From assembly GCA_035556555.1 (NCBI GenBank), contig DATMES010000062.1:1426-65425 (forward strand): a stretch of DNA of 64,000 nt, given 5' to 3'. Under the pieces are notes generated by a model. The model ran no database searches. It was not told where the DNA came from and was given only the letters and a program-made list of their open reading frames with translations. The position numbers and the translations under genes are program-made. The stretch comes from Frankiaceae bacterium (GTDB taxonomy: Bacteria > Actinomycetota > Actinomycetes > BP-191). Position 1 is the first letter of the stretch, and each line of letters starts with the position of its first letter. Below, in pieces: positions 9,692-19,282 of the stretch.

Positions 9692-10699
9692 TCACGTCGT
9701 GAGGTCGCGCTCTCCGCGCAGGTTGCCGAGCAGGTCGCCGGTCTCCCCCGCGCGGACGGCGCGACGGCCGAGCACGAGGACGTACGCCAGGAACGCGACC
9801 TCGATGACGACGCCCCAGACGATCCGCGCCCACGTGGGCAGGCCGGACGGGGTGACGTACGCCTCGGTGAAGCCCGCCACGGCGAACGCCGCCACGAGAC
9901 CCAGCACGACCGCGACCGCGGCGCGGCCCTCCTCGGCCAGCGCGTCGCCGCGTCTTCGGTCGCCGGGGTCGATGACCGTCCAGCCGATGCGCAGCCCGAC
10001 GCCGCCCGCGACGAAGATCGCGGTCAGCTCGAGGAGGCCGTGCGGAGTGATGAGCCCGAAGAACAGGTCGAGCTTGCCGTGCGCCGCCATGAGACCGCCC
10101 GCGATGCCGACGTTGACGGCGTTCTGGAAGAGCACGTAGATCGTCGGGAGCCCGAGCAGGATGCCGAACGTGAACGCCAGCGCCGCCACCCACGCGTTGT
10201 TGAAGAACACCTTCGCGCCGAACGACGCCGCCGGCGCGCTGCTGTAGTAGTCCTCGAAGTCGTGCTCGACCATCTGCCGGATCTCGTCCGGCGAGGCGAT
10301 CGTGCCGTGGATCTCGGGGTGCGTCGCGACCCAGATCCCGACGGCGAACGCGATGCCGAGCGTGAACACCGCCGCGCCGAGCGTCCACCAGCGGCTTCGG
10401 TACGTCGCCGCGGGGAACGTCGCCGTGAAGAACCTCCCCACCTCGCGCCAGCCGCGGACCTTGCCGCCGGTGACGGCGGCGCGCGCGCGGATCGTGATCG
10501 ACGACAGCCGGTCGACGAGCATCGGGTCGGGGCTGCTCGTGCGGATCACCGACAGGTGCGTCGCCGTGCGCTGGTAGAGGTCGACCAGCTCGTCGAGCTC
10601 CGCGCCGCTGCACCGGCCAGGACGGTGCGCGCGGTTGACCAGGTGCTCCAGCCGCGCCCACGCCGGCGAGTGGGCGGCGACGAACGCGTCGATGTCCAC
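9692..10699 (-). CDS. SpoIIM-like (stage II sporulation protein M family/DUF95) polytopic membrane protein
   Basis: 335-aa ORF with multiple TM segments. Family-typical pairing with the divergent RDD-family gene. Confidence 0.55.
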   Translation of the reverse strand: MDIDAFVAAHSPAWARLEHLVNRAHRPGRCSGAELDELVDLYQRTATHLSVIRTSSPDPMLVDRLSSITIRARAAVTGGKVRGWREVGRFFTATFPAATYRSRWWTLGAAVFTLGIAFAVGIWVATHPEIHGTIASPDEIRQMVEHDFEDYYSSAPAASFGAKVFFNNAWVAALAFTFGILLGLPTIYVLFQNAVNVGIAGGLMAAHGKLDLFFGLITPHGLLELTAIFVAGGVGLRIGWTVIDPGDRRRGDALAEEGRAAVAVVLGLVAAFAVAGFTEAYVTPSGLPTWARIVWGVVIEVAFLAYVLVLGRRAVRAGETGDLLGNLRGERDLTT

Positions 10700-10805
10700 A
10701 GCCGCCTCCTTCGTCCACAGATCACGCTACCCGGTCCCTTTCTGTCACACCCCGGTGCCAGACTGGTTCCCACGTCGTTGTCGACCAGCCGGGGAGGTGC
10801 GTTCG

Positions 10806-11879
10806 GTGAGCCAGCTCGTCACGGGTGAGGCGGTCATGCTCCACCTGCGCCCTGCCCGGCTGCCCTCGCGGGTGCTCGCCCGCGCGATGGACATCGGTAT
10901 CGAGCTCGTGGCGTACTGGGGCCTCGGCTTCGTCCTCGGCTCGGTCTCGCTGGCCGACGGCGACTTCGGCGTCGCGGTGAGCATCGTGCTGTCGGTGCTG
11001 TTCGTCGTCGGCTATCCGGTGATCTTCGAGTCGCTGTGGCGCGGGCAGACGCCCGGCAAGGCCGCGCTCGGCCTGCGCGTCGTCCGCGACGACGGCGGGC
11101 CCGTACGGTTCCGCCACGCGCTGACCCGCGGGCTGCTCAACATCGTCGACCTGTGGCTGTCGTTCGGCTCCGTCGGGATGATCTCGTCGCTGCTGAGCCG
11201 GCGCGGGAAACGGCTCGGCGACGTCATCGCGGGGACCTTCGTCATCCAGGAGCGGGTGCCGCGCCAGCACGTCGCGCCGATCTACATGCCCCCGCAGCTC
11301 GCCACCTGGGCCGCGACGCTCGACCTGAGCCGGCTGCCCGACGACCTCGCCCTGGCCGTCCGCGGGTTCCTCGGCCGCAGCACCCAGCTGCGCCCCGACG
11401 CGCGCGAACGCCTCGGCGCCGAGCTCGCCGCCGCGGTGTCGGCGTGCGTCACGCCCGCGCCGCCACCGGGGACGCCGGGGTGGGCGTTTCTCGCCGCCGT
11501 CGTGGCCGAGCGCCGCCGCCGCGACGAGGCCCGCAGGCCCGCGCAGGGCGCGTATCAGCCCTCGCCCTGGCAGCCCGGCGCGCCCTCGCCTGGGTGGGGC
11601 CCCTCGCCACCGCGGCCCTTGTGGGCCGACTCGGCGCCGTCGACCGGCTCGCCCCCGGTGGTCGGGCCACCGCCCGTGGTCGGTCCGCCGCCGACCGACC
11701 CGGGTCCCCCTCGCCTGCCCGCGGCGCCGTCACCGCAGTGGGGACCGCCACCCGTGCCACCCTCACCCCCGCCGACCTCGCCCGCGGAGACGAGTGGCGC
11801 ACGGACGGCGACCGCCGACGCCGTCCCCGCGCACACCCCGCGGCCCGCCCCCGAGGACGGCTTCGCCCTGCCCGGCTGA
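10806..11879 (+). CDS. RDD-family membrane protein with a long Pro-rich disordered C-terminal tail (PPVVGPPPVVGPPP...)
   Basis: Frame of tool ORF 10635..11879. Likely GTG start at 10806 (VSQLVTGEAVMLHLRPARLP...); an alternative ATG lies at 10836. TM core ...RGQTPGKAALGLRVV..., typical of RDD. Confidence 0.6.
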   Translation: MSQLVTGEAVMLHLRPARLPSRVLARAMDIGIELVAYWGLGFVLGSVSLADGDFGVAVSIVLSVLFVVGYPVIFESLWRGQTPGKAALGLRVVRDDGGPVRFRHALTRGLLNIVDLWLSFGSVGMISSLLSRRGKRLGDVIAGTFVIQERVPRQHVAPIYMPPQLATWAATLDLSRLPDDLALAVRGFLGRSTQLRPDARERLGAELAAAVSACVTPAPPPGTPGWAFLAAVVAERRRRDEARRPAQGAYQPSPWQPGAPSPGWGPSPPRPLWADSAPSTGSPPVVGPPPVVGPPPTDPGPPRLPAAPSPQWGPPPVPPSPPPTSPAETSGARTATADAVPAHTPRPAPEDGFALPG

Positions 11880-11886
11880 GCGGTCG

Positions 11887-11999
11887 CGTACGCAACCCGG
11901 TTGCACTCCGTGCGGCGAGAAAGCGCAATGCGCACCCCGAACGCCGCCCGGCCCCCAGGAAATGATCACGGCGCCCCATGACAAGGGACACAGGTGATC
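11887..11999. repeat. Intergenic repeat copy A: ~55-bp module (cgcaacccggttgcac.ccgtgcgg...gcgcaccccgaacgccgcc) plus degenerate GGTGATC hairpin (11964-11999)
   Basis: Same module in inverse orientation at 16113-16166 and in direct orientation at 44095-44147. Hairpin arm gggacacaggtgatc is shared with 16012-16068, 44166-44213 and 47472-47528. Lies between convergent genes. Confidence 0.6.
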
Positions 12000-12015
12000 A
12001 TCTCGGGCGGCGGGC

Positions 12016-12633
12016 CTACTGGTTGGGCGGGGACTCCAGGTCCACGAGCTCCAGGCCGGGCGCCTCGAGAACGACGTCGCCGGCGAGGTGGATGACGCGG
12101 CGTTCGGCGGTGGCGAGGTCGGCGACCTCGTACCGCTCGACCTTCAACGGGCCGGTGTCGGTGTCGTGCGACTCCACGTCGACCAGCGCCCAGCCCTCGT
12201 CCACGGGCAGCGCCACACAGGCGGGCTCGGTGACGCCGAGCAGGCGTACCCGCCGCCGGTCCAGCAGCGACAGGCCCAGCAGCCGGGCGGTGACGACGGC
12301 GAACGCCGGCGAACGCCCGGTGAACCCCACCGCCGTCGCCGTCTGCTCGGCGTCACCAGGCGCGCCGGGCAGCGCCGAGGCGGGCGTACGCACCCACACG
12401 ACCTCGGGCCCGGCCAGCCCGCCGCGCAGCGTCCAGCCGCCCGCGGTCACCTGCACGCGGACCTGCCGCCACCGGTCGTCCACGGTGACGTCGACGCGGC
12501 CGGCGGGCTCGTTCTCCGGCGTATAGGTCTGCGAGACATAGCGCCACCCCGACGGGCCAGGGGCGCAGGAGAACACCTCGACCCCGGCGAGTGTCCCGCC
12601 GGGGTCGAGGTGGTGGTACGTGCCTTTGGGCAA
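12016..12633 (-). CDS. Hypothetical protein (205 aa), downstream of ahcY on the same strand
   Basis: ORF with coding-like composition; no recognisable motif. Confidence 0.4.
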   Translation of the reverse strand: MPKGTYHHLDPGGTLAGVEVFSCAPGPSGWRYVSQTYTPENEPAGRVDVTVDDRWRQVRVQVTAGGWTLRGGLAGPEVVWVRTPASALPGAPGDAEQTATAVGFTGRSPAFAVVTARLLGLSLLDRRRVRLLGVTEPACVALPVDEGWALVDVESHDTDTGPLKVERYEVADLATAERRVIHLAGDVVLEAPGLELVDLESPPNQ

Positions 12634-12636
12634 GGA

Positions 12637-13971
<1,335 letters not shown>

Positions 13972-13981
13972 TCAAGCGGAG

Positions 13982-13999
13982 TTGACAATGTATTGTCAA
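13982..13999. promoter_or_regulatory. Perfect 18-bp palindrome TTGACAAT-GT-ATTGTCAA in the ahcY/merR divergent intergenic region; candidate MerR-family operator overlapping a TTGACA -35-like hexamer
   Basis: Read directly: ttgacaatgtattgtcaa, 4 nt upstream of the MerR ATG (14004) and 73 nt upstream of the ahcY start on the other strand. Confidence 0.5.
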
Positions 14000-14003
14000 G
14001 TCC

Positions 14004-14396
14004 ATGCTGATCGACCGGGTCCGGGCGCGGTACGGCGTCCGTGCCGGCCTGCGCGAGCCCATCTCCGACGCCGCCGTACGCCTCGGCACGACGCCCCGCA
14101 TGCTCCGCTACCGCGAGTCGCTCGGCCTCGTCGCGCCGCCACGGTCTGGTGGGCACCGGCGGGTCTTCGGCGAGCGTGAGCTGCTCGCGGCGGCGTGCTC
14201 GGTGGAGCTCGAGGAGGCGTACGGCGTGCCGCCGGGCGCGCTGGCGTTCGCGCTGCGGGTGCTCACCGAGCCGCAGGTAGCCGCCGACGTCCGGACCCTC
14301 GGCGCGCTGGCCCGCCCCGGCATCACGCCGAACGCCATCGAGGCGCTCGACTTCGAGGCGGCCAAGGCGCGGGAGCTGCTGCGGCTGCGGCGTTAG
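14004..14396 (+). CDS. MerR-family transcriptional regulator (130 aa)
   Basis: HTH region AAVRLGTTPRMLRYRESLGLV is typical of MerR N-terminal domains. Confidence 0.75.
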   Translation: MLIDRVRARYGVRAGLREPISDAAVRLGTTPRMLRYRESLGLVAPPRSGGHRRVFGERELLAAACSVELEEAYGVPPGALAFALRVLTEPQVAADVRTLGALARPGITPNAIEALDFEAAKARELLRLRR

Positions 14397-14746
14397 CGGC
14401 GCCTCTTGGACGGCTTCGCGCGGCGCGTCGCGTCGAGCGCGCGCTCGGCCCAGACCGTGAGCTCCGCCGGGTCCTCGAGAACGGCCGCCGGCACCGAGCG
14501 GTACGTGTCCGACGGCGGCTCGCCGGCGGCGTAGCGGAAGCCGGTGCAGTCGAGGGCGTCGTACGCCGGCCGCGTCTCGGCGTCGGTGCGGAAGTAGACC
14601 CGCCCGTCGTCGACGATGCCGAAGAACAGCCCGTCCTCGGCCCACAGGCCGTACCCGCCGAACATCCCCTTGCTCCGCAGCCCGGACAGCCCGTCGAGCG
14701 AGGCCACCACCTCGTCGCGCAGCGCGGTCAGCGCGGGATCGGCCAT
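14393..14746 (-). CDS. TfoX N-terminal domain protein
   Basis: Motif MFGGYGLWAEDGLFFGIVDDGRVYFRTD matches the TfoX_N consensus (MFGG.G.Y..G..FA.I.DD.LYLK.D). 4-bp convergent overlap with merR. Confidence 0.6.
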   Translation of the reverse strand: MADPALTALRDEVVASLDGLSGLRSKGMFGGYGLWAEDGLFFGIVDDGRVYFRTDAETRPAYDALDCTGFRYAAGEPPSDTYRSVPAAVLEDPAELTVWAERALDATRRAKPSKRRR

Positions 14747-14758
14747 CGTTCCCCCTTC

Positions 14759-15532
14759 CTACATCAGCGACGTCAGCGTGATGCCGCCGTCGACGGGGAT
14801 GACGGCGCCGGTGACGTACGACCCCGCGCGGCTCGCGAGGAAGACGACGACGCCGGCCATGTCGTCGTCGCGCCCGATGCGGCGCAGCGGCGCGTTGGCG
14901 GCGATCTGCTCCCCGAACGCGTCCAGTGTGGCCGCCATCATCTTCGAGGGGAACGGGCCAGGCGCCACGGCGTTGACCGTCACATGGCGAGGCCCGAGCT
15001 CGCGGGCGAGCACCCGCGTGAGCTGGTGGATCGCCGCCTTGGACGCCGAGTACGAGTACGTCGGCAGCGGCGGCACGCGCAGCCCGTCGATGGAGCCGAC
15101 CATGACGACACGAGCAGGGTCGTCGGGCGACGCCGCCGCCTCCAGCAGCGGCAGGAACGCCCGCGTCAGGAAGAACGGCGCCTTGAGGTTGAGGTTGAGC
15201 ACCTTGTCCCAGCCGGACTCGGGGAACTCCTCGAGCGGGGCGCCCCACGTGGCGCCGGCGTTGTTGACGAGGACGTGCACGCGCTCCTCGCGCTCGCCGA
15301 CGGTCGCGGCGAGGCGTACGCACTCCTCCTCGGTGGCGAGGTTGGCCGCGATGCCGGTGACGGCGCCGTACGCGCTCAGCTCGGTCTCGGCCGCCGACAC
15401 GGCCGCGGCGTCGCGCGAGCAGACGTAGACGCGGGCGCCGGCCTGGAGCAGGCCGCGCGCCATCATCAGGCCGATGCCGCGGGTGCCCCCGGTGACGACG
15501 GCGACCTTGCCTGTGAGGTCGAAGAGGTCCAT
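14759..15532 (-). CDS. SDR-family oxidoreductase (short-chain dehydrogenase/reductase)
   Basis: MDLFDLTGKVAVVTGGTRGIG (TGxxxGxG), NNAG, and YSASKAA catalytic YxxxK. ATG at 15532 (cat 15530-15532). The tool ORF extends upstream in a non-coding-looking Arg-rich frame. Confidence 0.85.
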   Translation of the reverse strand: MDLFDLTGKVAVVTGGTRGIGLMMARGLLQAGARVYVCSRDAAAVSAAETELSAYGAVTGIAANLATEEECVRLAATVGEREERVHVLVNNAGATWGAPLEEFPESGWDKVLNLNLKAPFFLTRAFLPLLEAAASPDDPARVVMVGSIDGLRVPPLPTYSYSASKAAIHQLTRVLARELGPRHVTVNAVAPGPFPSKMMAATLDAFGEQIAANAPLRRIGRDDDMAGVVVFLASRAGSYVTGAVIPVDGGITLTSLM

Positions 15533-15555
15533 GCCCGCGACCATAGAGTGCCGGT

Positions 15556-15984
15556 GTGACAGAGACGCGGGTCGTCGACCCCGAGGTGACCCTCGACCTC
15601 CGCCAGCGGGTGCTGCGCCCGCACCAGACACCCGAGCAGGTCCGCGCGCAGGGCGACGGGCTGCCCGGGATCGCGGTGTTCTCGGACGGCGAGGTCGTGG
15701 CGTGCGCGTCGGTACGCCCCGAGCCGATGCCGGGCGACCCGCGCGACGGCGACTGGCGGCTGCGCGGGATGGCCAGCGATCCCGCCGTGCGAGGGCATGG
15801 CTACGGCGCCGTGGCACTCCGGGCGGCGCTCGACTACGCACGGGAGCGCGGCGCGCGGCGGGTCTGGTGCAACGCGCGCACCGGCGCGCTCGGGTTCTAC
15901 GAGCGGCACGGCTTCACGGTCGTCGGCGAGGAGTTCGACCTCCCGGACGCCGGCCCGCACTACCTCGCCTGGACCGACCTCTAG
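15556..15984 (+). CDS. GNAT-family N-acetyltransferase
   Basis: ...LRGMASDPAVRGHGYGAVALRAALDYARERGARRVWCNAR... (acetyl-CoA-binding motif A Q/RxxGxG/A). GTG start. Confidence 0.7.
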   Translation: MTETRVVDPEVTLDLRQRVLRPHQTPEQVRAQGDGLPGIAVFSDGEVVACASVRPEPMPGDPRDGDWRLRGMASDPAVRGHGYGAVALRAALDYARERGARRVWCNARTGALGFYERHGFTVVGEEFDLPDAGPHYLAWTDL

Positions 15985-16011
15985 GCACCGCACCCCGGCC
16001 CCACCCACAAC

Positions 16012-16166
16012 GATCACCCGTGTCCATTCGCGTGCGATCAGCCCGCTCGCGAGGGGACACAGGTGATCGCGCGCGGGAGGCGGGGGGCTCGCCGGGCGAC
16101 GTCACCCCGGATCGGGGTGCGTTTTGCGCTTTTTCCCCGCACGGGGTGCAACCGGGTTGCGTCCCG
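16012..16166. repeat. Intergenic repeat copy B: GGTGATC hairpin (gatcacccgtgtcc...ggggacacaggtgatc, 16012-16068) plus inverted ~55-bp module (16113-16166)
   Basis: Reverse complement of copy A (11887-11999). Lies between convergent GNAT and SGNH genes. Confidence 0.6.
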
Positions 16167-16172
16167 TACGAC

Positions 16173-17008
16173 CTAGCGGAGGCGGAGGACGCGCATCGCC
16201 TCGGCCGCCATCTCGGCCTCGCCGAGCGCGTTCGGGTGCACGACGACGGGGTTGGTGGTCTGCAGCACCGGCTCGATCCAGCGGACGCCGAGCGGCTGGC
16301 AGGCGTCGTGCCCGTGGGAGACGACGTTCATGTCGACGTAGATCGCGCCGGTCGCGGCGGCGGCGCGGCGGACGGCGTCGTTGAGCGTCGCCTGGATGCC
16401 GCGCACGTACGGCACGTCGCCCTCGGCGACCGGCATCTTCTCGAAGCACCCGACGGTCTCCGGCATGATCCAGGGTAGCCGAGGATTGCGACCTGCGCGT
16501 GGGGGGCCCTGGCGCGCACGGCGTTCAGCGCGCCGACGAGCGACGGGTACGTCGTGTCGCGGATGGTGTCCTCGAACGACGACCCGTACCTGTCCTTGCA
16601 CGGGCTGCCCTGGCCGAGCGTCGACATGCCGGCCTGGCCGCAGCTCATGACGGTGTCGATGAACACGCCGCTGTCGTTGCCGCCGATCGTCATGGTGACG
16701 AGCTCGGTGTCCGCGCTCAGCGCGTCGAGCTGCGGGGGTACGCCGCCGTACTGCGAGCGGGAGAAGTGCGTGGTGTCGGCGGCGCCGCAGGTGACGTCGG
16801 TGAGCGCGGCGCCGGTCGCGGCGGCGATGACGTGCGCGTAGTTGCGCGTCGAGCGCAGGCACTGAAGCGGCGCCGACGGGTCGGGCGGCAGGACGCCGGA
16901 GGCGGCGCTGTACGAGTCGCCCATGGCGACGTACGCCAGCGGCGCGGCCTCAGCGGGCGGCACCGCGAGGGCGGCAAACGCGAGGGCGAGGACGAGGCTG
17001 CGGCGCAC
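16173..17008 (-). pseudogene. SGNH/GDSL-family secreted lipase/esterase interrupted by a -1/+1 frameshift near 16470-16480 (or a sequencing error)
   Basis: The N-terminal half (tool ORF 16328..17008) has a signal peptide, AMGDSYSAASG (block I), TIGGNDSG (block III) and ...VAILGYP. The C-terminal half continues only in the other frame (tool ORF 16173..16862: ...WIMPETVGCF...VSHGHDAC...VHPN..., block V DxxH). The switch falls at ggctaccctggatcatgccg. Confidence 0.6.
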
Positions 17009-17065
17009 GGGGTCACTCCTGGGTCGAGGGGACTCACGAGGTTCAACGGCGCGGGCGCCCGTTCG

Positions 17066-17980
17066 TCACGCCTGGTACAGGTCCGGCTCGATGTAGATGA
17101 GGGTCGCGGCGGGGACGGCCTCGCGGATACGGCGTTCGGCCTCGTTGATCTGCGCGGCGAGCCGTTCGGTGGTGCCGCCGACCGGCGTCGCGACCTTGGC
17201 GGCGACGAGCATCTCGTCGGGCCCGAGGTAGCGCGTCCGCAGGTGGATGACGCGGTCGAAGTCGGGCACCGCGACGAGCGCCGCCGTGACCGCCGCGACC
17301 TCCTCGCCGGAGCCGGACTCACCGATGAGCAGGCCGTGCATCTCGATCGCGAGGACGATCGCGACGACGACGAGCAGCGCGCCGATCGTGATGGTGCCGA
17401 GCGCGTCCCACATCGGGTCGTGCGTCGCGGCGGTCAGCGACACGCCGGCCAGCGCGATGATCAGGCCGAGCAGCGCGGCCAGGTCCTCCAGCAGGACGAC
17501 AGGCAGCTCGGGGGTCTTCGACTCCTTGATGAACCGCCAGTACGACCGCCCCCTGAGCAGCGGCTGCGTCTCCTTGATGGCGGTCCGGAACGAGAACGTC
17601 TCCAGCAGGATCGCCACGATCAGCACGCCGATGGCGATGCCGTACGACTCCACGTCGTGCGGGTGCCGTAGCTTCTCGATCCCCTCGTACAGCGCGAACG
17701 CGCCACCGACCGTGAACAGCACGACGGCGACGACGAACGCCCAGAAGTACCGCGCGGCGCCGTACCCGAACTGGTGCTCCACGTCGGCCTTCCGCCGCCC
17801 GCGCGACTCGCCGAACAGCAGCAGTCCCTGGTTGCCCGAGTCGGCGAGGGAGTGGACGGACTCGGCGAGCATCGACGCCGACCGCGTCAGGACGAACGCC
17901 ACGAGCTTGGCGATGGCGATGCCGAGGTTGGCCAGCAGCGCCGCGATGACGGCCTTGCGGCCGTGCCCCCCCGCGCTCAT
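17066..17980 (-). CDS. Cation diffusion facilitator (CDF) family metal efflux transporter
   Basis: TM segments with HSLADSGNQ and HxxxD-type motifs; cytoplasmic C-terminal domain. Confidence 0.85.
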   Translation of the reverse strand: MSAGGHGRKAVIAALLANLGIAIAKLVAFVLTRSASMLAESVHSLADSGNQGLLLFGESRGRRKADVEHQFGYGAARYFWAFVVAVVLFTVGGAFALYEGIEKLRHPHDVESYGIAIGVLIVAILLETFSFRTAIKETQPLLRGRSYWRFIKESKTPELPVVLLEDLAALLGLIIALAGVSLTAATHDPMWDALGTITIGALLVVVAIVLAIEMHGLLIGESGSGEEVAAVTAALVAVPDFDRVIHLRTRYLGPDEMLVAAKVATPVGGTTERLAAQINEAERRIREAVPAATLIYIEPDLYQA

Positions 17981-18032
17981 CTCGGGGCCCCCTCAGCGCC
18001 GCGAGCGCAGCGAGCGGCGTTGTGGGGTGAGG

Positions 18033-19115
18033 TCATTCGGCGATCCTCGCCTTCAGCTGGGTGATCGGCGCCATGGCGGTCGGGTCGATGCCGGTGAGCA
18101 GCGCGAGGTACGTCGTCGTGAAGTCGACGGCGGCGACGAGCGAGGCGAGCCTCGCGGTCGGCGAGTCGCCCTCGGCGACGACCTCGTCGTACGCGATCCC
18201 GCGCTCGCCGGCGAGCTCCTGCGACGCCTCGACGCGGCGCGCGACGGACGCGTGCTCGACGCTGTCGCGCAGGAACAGCAGCCGGTACCGGTCGGGCGCT
18301 GCCGGGTCGTCGAACGGCACCACCTGGTTGTGGTTGGCCTCCGGAAGGACGCCCCAGATCGCGTGCCGGTCGGCGTTCTCGTTGAACTGGCAGGCCGCGC
18401 GGTACGCCGCCACGCCGGCCAGCTGCGACGTGCCCCAGACGACGGGGAGGACATCGGCGAGCTTGAGCGCCAGCTCCTTGGCCGGGTTGAGGAACGACTC
18501 CTTCGCGGCCTTGTACCGCTCGGTCAGGACGTCGAGCAGGTCGGCGGTCGCGTCGAGCTCGGCGCGCGGCGCGTGGCAGACGCCGACGAGGTCGCCGAGG
18601 ACGAGCAGCGGCACGGCGAGCGACCAGAGCTTGGCCCGCGGTACGCCCCCGGCAGGCACGGGCACGTGCGGCCCGCGGCCGCGCGCGCCGAGGTCCTCGA
18701 GCGGCGAGTCGGCGGCGCCGACGGTGACGATCGGGACGCCGCGGCGTACGGCCTCCTCGGCCGCGCTCAGCGTCTCCTCGGTCGTCCCCGAGCACGACAC
18801 CGCGACGACCAGGTCGGCGGCGCCGACCCAGCCGGGCAGGCCGTAGCCGCGGTGGGTGACGACCGGCAGCGGCGCGGTGAGGCCGGCTACGGCGGCGAGC
18901 ACGTCGCCCGCGACGCCGGAGCCGCCCATGCCGGTGACGACGAGCGCGCGCGGGCGCAGGCCGTCGGCAATCGACTCCAGCCCCGACTCGTATGCCGTCG
19001 TCATCGCCTGGCGGAACTGCGCCGGTGCCCCCGCGACCGCGCGCACCATCCCCTCGGGGTCGGCGGCCTCGATCTCGTCGGGCTCGTCGAGGAGGTACTC
19101 GTTGACCACCGTCAC
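18033..19115 (-). CDS. SIS-domain sugar-phosphate isomerase (bifunctional PGI/PMI-like family)
   Basis: Two SIS-like segments (VVTGMGGSGVAGD...VVAVSCSGTTEET). Translationally coupled (GTGA overlap) behind Trm112 and manB, mirroring the mycobacterial manA/Rv3256c/pmmA block. Confidence 0.7.
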   Translation of the reverse strand: MTVVNEYLLDEPDEIEAADPEGMVRAVAGAPAQFRQAMTTAYESGLESIADGLRPRALVVTGMGGSGVAGDVLAAVAGLTAPLPVVTHRGYGLPGWVGAADLVVAVSCSGTTEETLSAAEEAVRRGVPIVTVGAADSPLEDLGARGRGPHVPVPAGGVPRAKLWSLAVPLLVLGDLVGVCHAPRAELDATADLLDVLTERYKAAKESFLNPAKELALKLADVLPVVWGTSQLAGVAAYRAACQFNENADRHAIWGVLPEANHNQVVPFDDPAAPDRYRLLFLRDSVEHASVARRVEASQELAGERGIAYDEVVAEGDSPTARLASLVAAVDFTTTYLALLTGIDPTAMAPITQLKARIAE

Positions 19116-19282
19116 CGGGTCTGGACCGCCTCGTCGATGAGCAGCACGGGGATGTCGTCCTTCACGGGGTAGCGCAGGCCGCAGCCGGTGCAGTCGAGAG
19201 CCGACTCGGCGTCGTTGACCTCGAGCGCGCCGTGGCAGGACGGGCAGGCGAGGATCTGCAGGAGCGCGGGGTCGAGATTCAC
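19112..19282 (-). CDS. Trm112-family small zinc-ribbon protein (56 aa)
   Basis: VNLDPALLQILACPSCHGALEV...LDCTGCGLRYPVKDDIPVLLIDEA is the classical Trm112/DUF343 pattern. GTG start overlaps the manB stop (GTGA). Confidence 0.6.
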   Translation of the reverse strand: MNLDPALLQILACPSCHGALEVNDAESALDCTGCGLRYPVKDDIPVLLIDEAVQTR

